Below are positions 57,732 through 64,000 of a stretch of 64,000 bases of DNA, piece by piece. Below the pieces are notes generated by a model. The model did not search any database, was not told the DNA's origin, and was given only the letters and a program-made list of their open reading frames with translations. A program made the position numbers and the translations under genes. Within the stretch, counting starts at the first letter, position 1; each line of letters begins with the position of its first letter. The DNA is from Amoebidium appalachense (lineage: Eukaryota > Protista > Ichthyosporea): NCBI GenBank assembly GCA_963693365.1, contig CAVNZM010000007.1, positions 4,957,962 through 5,021,961 of the forward strand, given 5' to 3'.

Positions 57732-59174
57732 CTACGACTCCAAAAACCTATCTGCATGGAACACATAGCAGGTCAGACACACCCTAACAGGCTTTGTGTA
57801 GCCCAAGTGCTGTATGGGCGTAAAGTGGCCCGCACACTGCCCGCAGAAAATCACACCGCAGCAGCGACAGTGGTGCCTCCGCCTCAAAAACGTAAACGGT
57901 AGCTTGCAGCGTCCACACTCTCTCACCTCGTCGTCCCTCTGCCACTGGGGGAGGGGCAGGGACCCTGGGGGTGCATCCCCTCTCTCCCTGTCTCTGTATC
58001 TCTCCAACTCCACGTCTAGCTCCGTCCTCTCTTGCTCCCTCTGCGCTTCACGCAGACGCGGGGAGACTGTCGGCGCCGAATTCGGATTGGCTAAACTCTG
58101 TGAGGCCGGCGAATCCAATAGTGGCGCCGACATTGCTTCGTCCAATCGTTGCGCGACTTGCGCACCGTCAGACGCCGCGTGAACGTCTGGAATGGACGGG
58201 CGAGAAAGAGGGTTCCCAGATCCGGTATTTTCATTGGCTGCAGCCGCCCCATCGGGCATGTTTGATTGGACAAGCTTCTCGTCCACTGCATTTGTGGTGT
58301 TTTGATTGGCCGGTGGGTCTGGTTCTGGTGCGGGTGTTTCGTTGACCCTGAATGTGGTCTTGAGAATGTATCTTACGTCCTTTGCATGGGGACCGCTCTG
58401 CAGCTTGTCGGCTATGCTTGCCACCCGCACAAACAGCCGGTGAAGAATTTCCTGGAATGGGTCTATTTCAGTTTCGTCCGACTGGTCTTGTTCGATTTGC
58501 GTCTGTGGCGCCTCTGTTTCCTCTTTCCCAGTGTCCCTTATGTCTACCCCTTGTGTTTGCGCGATTGTTTCTTCACTGCCCGTCCTATTCCCATTAATAT
58601 CCTCGTTTGGTGAGGGGCCATGGCTGGTGTCGATTACTGTTGATTCGGAGGGTGTAGTTTTGACCACATGTTCGGAAGCAACCACGTCCCTAACGTCACC
58701 GGCAGACGACGCATTTACTGGAGTCTCGCTATCCGTATTGTTTCGGTCTAGCAAAGGCCCCGCCACTTCTGTAGTTGTCTCGTTTTCGGTTGTCGATTCA
58801 TCCGCTCGAGACGAAACACACTGAGCATCGCCCGGCACTGGCATTTCCCTAACGGGACTGTCTATACTTCCACTTCGATTTTCAGTTTCTGTTTGTTTTT
58901 CTGTTTCTGTTTTGGTTTCGTTTTCGTTTTCGCGCGTCTCTGTATCCCCGCTCGTTTCTTGTTGTCGTTGTGCCGCATGGTCCGGTGCATGCTGCTGTGT
59001 ATCGATCAGTTGCGAGGTTAATGTCTCACCCTCTGTTGGGACTTCTATAGTGCCCGATGCCTGGAGGTGTTCGGCTGCAGAGGTTTTTGATTGCTGAGAG
59101 CTCATGTTTGGCAACATGGGGGATGGGTTGGCCGGCGCGTGAAGGTCCGTTGTGTACTCGGGCGTGTCCTCGGG

Positions 59175-59224
<50 letters not shown>

Positions 59225-59328
59225 GTGCCTCCATAGCGTCTGGCCACTCACCCATGCCACATTCCGTTTAAGGTGCGGCAACCGCTGAAGCCCTGCTTGT
59301 CTGCAAAAGGATCTTCACCAACGGAGGG

Positions 59329-59375
<47 letters not shown>

Positions 59376-59446
59376 AAAATTTCAAACAAAACATCAAGTC
59401 GCAAAAAATAAGAAGCTACCCAGTGAAGGGGAACAAAGCATGACAA

Positions 59447-59487
<41 letters not shown>

Positions 59488-60180
59488 GGGGGCCCCGGCT
59501 CAACATTACCCCCCCTCCCATCCCCCCCCCCCCCCCCCTCCCCCCCCCCCCCAAAATAAATAAAATAAAATAAATTAAGGTGACGTAATGGATGGTTTCC
59601 CAACTCATCAGATCGATCAAATGCCAGTCTGTGAGCCAGCGGAACTATATCTTTTCCGGGGCTCTTTTTGTACTTCTAAAGTGGGGGTAAATACATAATG
59701 GATATTGATGTGTCAGCCCTTGGGAAGATCGATTTCTACCCCATCCATATTTGCCTACGCTAAGCGAAAACGGGCAGCTCGAACCAGATTTTTTTACCGG
59801 TAGACATACATGTATTCAAACTAACCAACCCCACTTTATAATCACAATTTCATTTTATCCCCCGGTTTCTGTGTTCATTCACTCACAAATGACATGGGGT
59901 TTATATTGAAAGTTGAATTTTCGGATCTCCCGGCCTCGACTGACCGACTGGATCAATTATGGAATTTGGTCGATCTTGATTGGCTGCGCACCCCCAATTT
60001 CTAGCGGAAAGTCATCACCCACGTTGCCTCAAAAATAAATAACAACACGCAGGCGCATAGCCATCCACCCACCCACCCCACCCAAGTCACGCACAAACAA
60101 ACCGACAAACTAACACCACAAGAAACAGCAAACAAACAAAAAAAAACATCGGACCCCCCCCCCCCCCCCCCCCCCCCCTC

Positions 60181-60252
<72 letters not shown>

Positions 60253-60581
60253 GCCCACTTACCGATGATTGTGTCGTCGTCCAGCTGCACGACAGCCAAA
60301 GAGGGCAACCTTCCAAATATGGCAGGTTGCTCATCCTCATCAGCCACCCCGATGCTGCTGCGTCTGACCCGGGGCACATCGGCCTCAAACAGTGTGCGGC
60401 ATAGAAAGGCCTCTAAGCGCTCAACCTGGTGTAACACGGGCATGAGAAGATGTGTCAGGGTCGTGTGCGAGGATTGAAATGCCAAAGGCCGTGCACGCAC
60501 GCACGCACAAACATACGCAGGCAGAGACGCAGGCACACGCACACGCGCACACACACGCAAAAGCACACGCGCCCACACTCA

Positions 60582-60612
<31 letters not shown>

Positions 60613-60615
60613 GCG

Positions 60616-60682
<67 letters not shown>

Positions 60683-62755
60683 AATGTGCGCATACAAAAA
60701 AGGGTATATATCCTCTTACAATCTACGGCGTCCCCCCCCCCACCCCCACCCCACCCCACTCCCATCCCCCCTCTCCCCCTCCCTGTGTGCGTGTGAGTGT
60801 CCGTGTGTGTATGTGTTGTGTAGAATGTGCCTGGCAAAAGGCAACCACGTGCACGTAAATGCATGTGCAGATCCTGCTTGTGCAGGGGGCACAGTGTGCT
60901 ACTTACATATGAAAAAACGAAACCATTACCTAACGGCACCGTTGTTGTGAGACACATATATGCACAGACACATATAAACACATATACAGACATATATATA
61001 TATGAGACACATGTGTACAACTACACGGAGAGAAACCCGGTGCAGGACACATGCATACACATTTATCCAAGCATGCAACACGAGCAACGTGCCTGTTTGC
61101 GAGGGGCGGGGGGTTGGAATAAATTGTGTTACAGACTCCGAAGTACACATTCGCGTCAAGACAACACAATCCCGACTTCAACATAGCAAACACAAAGAGG
61201 ATGCATCATTGACCCGCCGAGGGGGGGAAGGGAAAGGGGGGGCGGTGTGTGTGTGTGTGTGTTGGGGGGGGGGGGGGGAAGGGGGAAGGGGGGGGAGGGG
61301 TGGGGGGGTAGTTATTGCACGAGTGGTTGTGCCTGTACGTACCTCCGAGTCGGTCAGGGCCGACAGCTCCCCCTTCAGTGCCAGCAGGTCAGTGAGATAT
61401 GGCCGGAACAGATAGGGGCAGCTGGTGTCACTGCTCACATCCAGGGCATGCGGCTGAACACGCAGGCCCCTGCAAAGCGTCCCAGCCATGTATCAGGATG
61501 GACACACACACGTGGGGAAAAGGGCGGGCGAGCAGGCGGGGTGGGGTGGGGGGGGGGGGGGGGGGGGGGGGGGGGAGGGATGGGGAGACAGAGAGAGAGG
61601 GGGGGGGGGGGAGGGGGAGGGGGGGAGGGAAGGGAGGGACGGAGGGAGGGAGGGAGAGACCAGAGAGGGTGAGAGAAGCACCCCAGAAGAAGTTTAGAAT
61701 GCTGCCTCCACCACCACCACACATAGCAACACCACAAAACATTCCGTTACCTGCACAAGCATGTTATTCCAACACCCGGTAACTTCTACAACCTAGAGCA
61801 CATTCCAGGATCCAGAATTACCAAATTAGTCCATCACCACAACACACATTCTAAAACCCAAAAACAATCAGCACATCATAAGACCCGTAGTTCTATCCCA
61901 TCCCAACACACAACCCCCACTCTACAATTTTAGTTTTAATCATAAACATGACAATTTTTTAAGTCACACACCAGACAATGGCCAGCCTAGGTATGACGAC
62001 CATCAGTGCGGGGTCATAGTCATCCACGGCCTCGGCTGTGACGTTGCCCCTGATCAGGCCCCTCTGCAGGCCCTCACTGAACATCACCGTCACTAGCTGC
62101 TGCTGGTCGTAGTCAGGCACGCTTTTGACCGGCACCCAGCACCCCACATATCTGTGTGTGTGTGTGTTGGGGGGGGGGGTGGGTGGGGGGAGGGGGTTTA
62201 GAATGTGATACAGAGTGCAAAGTGCCCATTCATCACCGACAACACCATGTAGTTTTGTTTTTTGTTTTTGTTGGTTCATTTCTACAAAGAATACCCAGCA
62301 ATCAATGCAGATGCATTTGTGTGTGTACTTGTGTATGTGCGCTCGTGTACGAGCATGTGCGTAGGTCCATAGGGGTTGCACGCCCTTCTGCAGGTGTGCC
62401 CTTTTTTATTTTCATGCACATCCGACTCTCTCTCTGTGTGTGTGTGTGCGCACATGTGTGCGTGCACCCCCGTGTGTATGTGTGTGTCATTACGTGCAAT
62501 GTGTACGGGCACCTTTTCATACCCACCTTGCCTCGAAGTCTGTCCACGCCTTATCGAATGCAATCACAGCCTCCACCGCCTACACAGTCAACACGTCAGG
62601 GCTCTGCTATCCCTTCAAACCCCCCCCCCCCCCCCTTCCCCCCTCCCCCCCCCCCCCCCTCCCCCCTTCCCCCACCCCCGCACCCCCACATGGACAAAAA
62701 GTAACGAACAACACACATTCAAACGGAAGCAAACACACGTCGCACCCCCCCCCCC

Positions 62756-62786
<31 letters not shown>

Positions 62787-62828
62787 ACACCGGCCCTCTC
62801 CCAACCACCAAATCACATCACACAATTC

Positions 62829-62860
<32 letters not shown>

Positions 62861-63177
62861 ACCACACACACATACCCATCCCATGCCCCTCCCCCCTATT
62901 TACCCACCCACCCACCCATCCCCCTCCCCCCCCCCCCCCCCCACCCACCAACTCCCTCCCTCCCTTCCCCCCCCCCCCCCCCCCCCCCCCCCCCACACAC
63001 ACACCACCCACCCACACACACACTGCCCACCCTACCATTCCACCCACCCACCCCGTCAACCACCAACCCACCCATCCTCCCCCTTTCCCCGCCACCCACC
63101 CACGCCGTCACCCACCCATCCCCCCCCCCCCCCCCCACCCAACCCCACCCCATCCCCCCTCATCCACCCAACCTGTC

Positions 63178-63213
<36 letters not shown>

Positions 63214-63507
63214 ACCCATCCCACCCCATCCCCCCCCACGTCCCCTTCCCCCAACATCCGCCCACCCTCTCACCAAATCACCTACCCCCTCGTTCCCCTC
63301 CCCCTTCCCCCCTCCCCCAACCCCTCGTGGCCCCCCTTCAATACCCACCCATCCCCACCTCAGCATCCAGGCAGGGGTCCTCTGCCGTGGCCCTATCCCT
63401 TAGGGCCTGTCTCATCCTGTCGATGCGCTCACACAGGGTCGTGGCCAGCGGCCGCAGCATCTCACTCTCGGCCTCCTTGTCCGCTATCACTGACCCTGCG
63501 GCCAGGC

Positions 63508-63508
<1 letters not shown>
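57732..63508 (-). CDS. ZFYVE28: Lateral signaling target protein 2 homolog (ZFYVE28/LST2) with C-terminal FYVE finger; 3' part, 5' exons beyond window
   Basis: Exons 63508-63359, 62579-62527, 62151-61972, 61469-61343, 60425-60263, 59176-57732 in phase: [22 protein letters not shown]..., [72 protein letters not shown], and [28 protein letters not shown]...PVRVC..CY. Confidence 0.88.
59607..59980. mobile_element. Possible MITE-like insertion in a ZFYVE28 intron
   Basis: Microsatellite-free island bounded by imperfect inverted repeats: atcagatcgatcaaatgcca (59607-59626) vs the reverse complement of 59960-59980, atcaagatcgaccaaattcca. No TSD recognised. Confidence 0.35.
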
Positions 63509-63559
<51 letters not shown>

Positions 63560-64000
63560 GGGAGGGGGGACAGAAATGTGATGAGAGGGAGAGAGGGAGA
63601 GAGGAGGAGGGGAGAGGGTGCGAGAGAGGAGGGGAGGGGAGTGGGAGAGAGAAAGAAGCAAGAGAGAGAGAGAGAGAGGGAGAGAGAGAGAGAGGGAGAG
63701 GGAGGGAGGGAGGGAGGGAGGGAGAGAGACAGGGAGAGGGAGAGGGAAAGGGTGAGAGATAGTGTATGTGTGTGTGGGTGGGTTGTGGGGGGGGGCCGGG
63801 GGGGGGGGGGGGGGGGGTAGAATGTGTTTCATATTTTTTCTTGAGGGGGGTTGCGGGGAGGGGGAGGGGAGGGGAGGGGAGAGGGGAGGGGAGAGGAGGA
63901 GGAGGCGGAGGAGGGGGGATGGGGGGAGGGGGAGAGGAGGGGATGGAATGTGTTACAGAGTGCGAAATATACATTCACGACGGAAAATGCAATGAATAAT

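Noticed and set aside
57732-59255. 507-aa ORF as a standalone gene
   Set aside because: Its start runs through an intronic CA repeat; it is the terminal exon (from 59176) of ZFYVE28.
61751-61792. Candidate extra ZFYVE28 exon (ctag|GTTGTAG...GCAG|gtaacg)
   Set aside because: It has an immediate in-frame TAG, and the flanking exons join correctly without it.

Overview
Intron-rich eukaryotic DNA with about 90 nt exons and GT-AG introns packed with poly-C/poly-G, (CA)n/(GT)n and (CT)n tracts. Almost all ORFs in the supplied track are microsatellite artefacts. Manual exon chaining with phase checks gives seven genes: the 3' part of VPS53 (+); a 24-exon gene for an ACBP domain fused to a bacterial-type two-domain fatty acyl-CoA reductase (Maqu_2507/AcrA1 type, +), probably with a mitochondrial presequence; VPS29 (-); intronless AKTIP/Ft1 (+); WDR4/TRM82 (-); PPP1R11/YPI1 (+); and the 3' part of ZFYVE28/LST2 (-). 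The gene set suggests an opisthokont, perhaps a unicellular holozoan, but the organism cannot be fixed from this window. The main candidate novelty is the ACBP-FAR fusion. Other signals are two families of short, sense-oriented, poly-C-bounded intronic repeats, tandem arrays built on splice sites, (CA)n in place of polypyrimidine tracts, and a dense intergenic hairpin cluster. Protein identities rest on recalled family motifs, not database searches.
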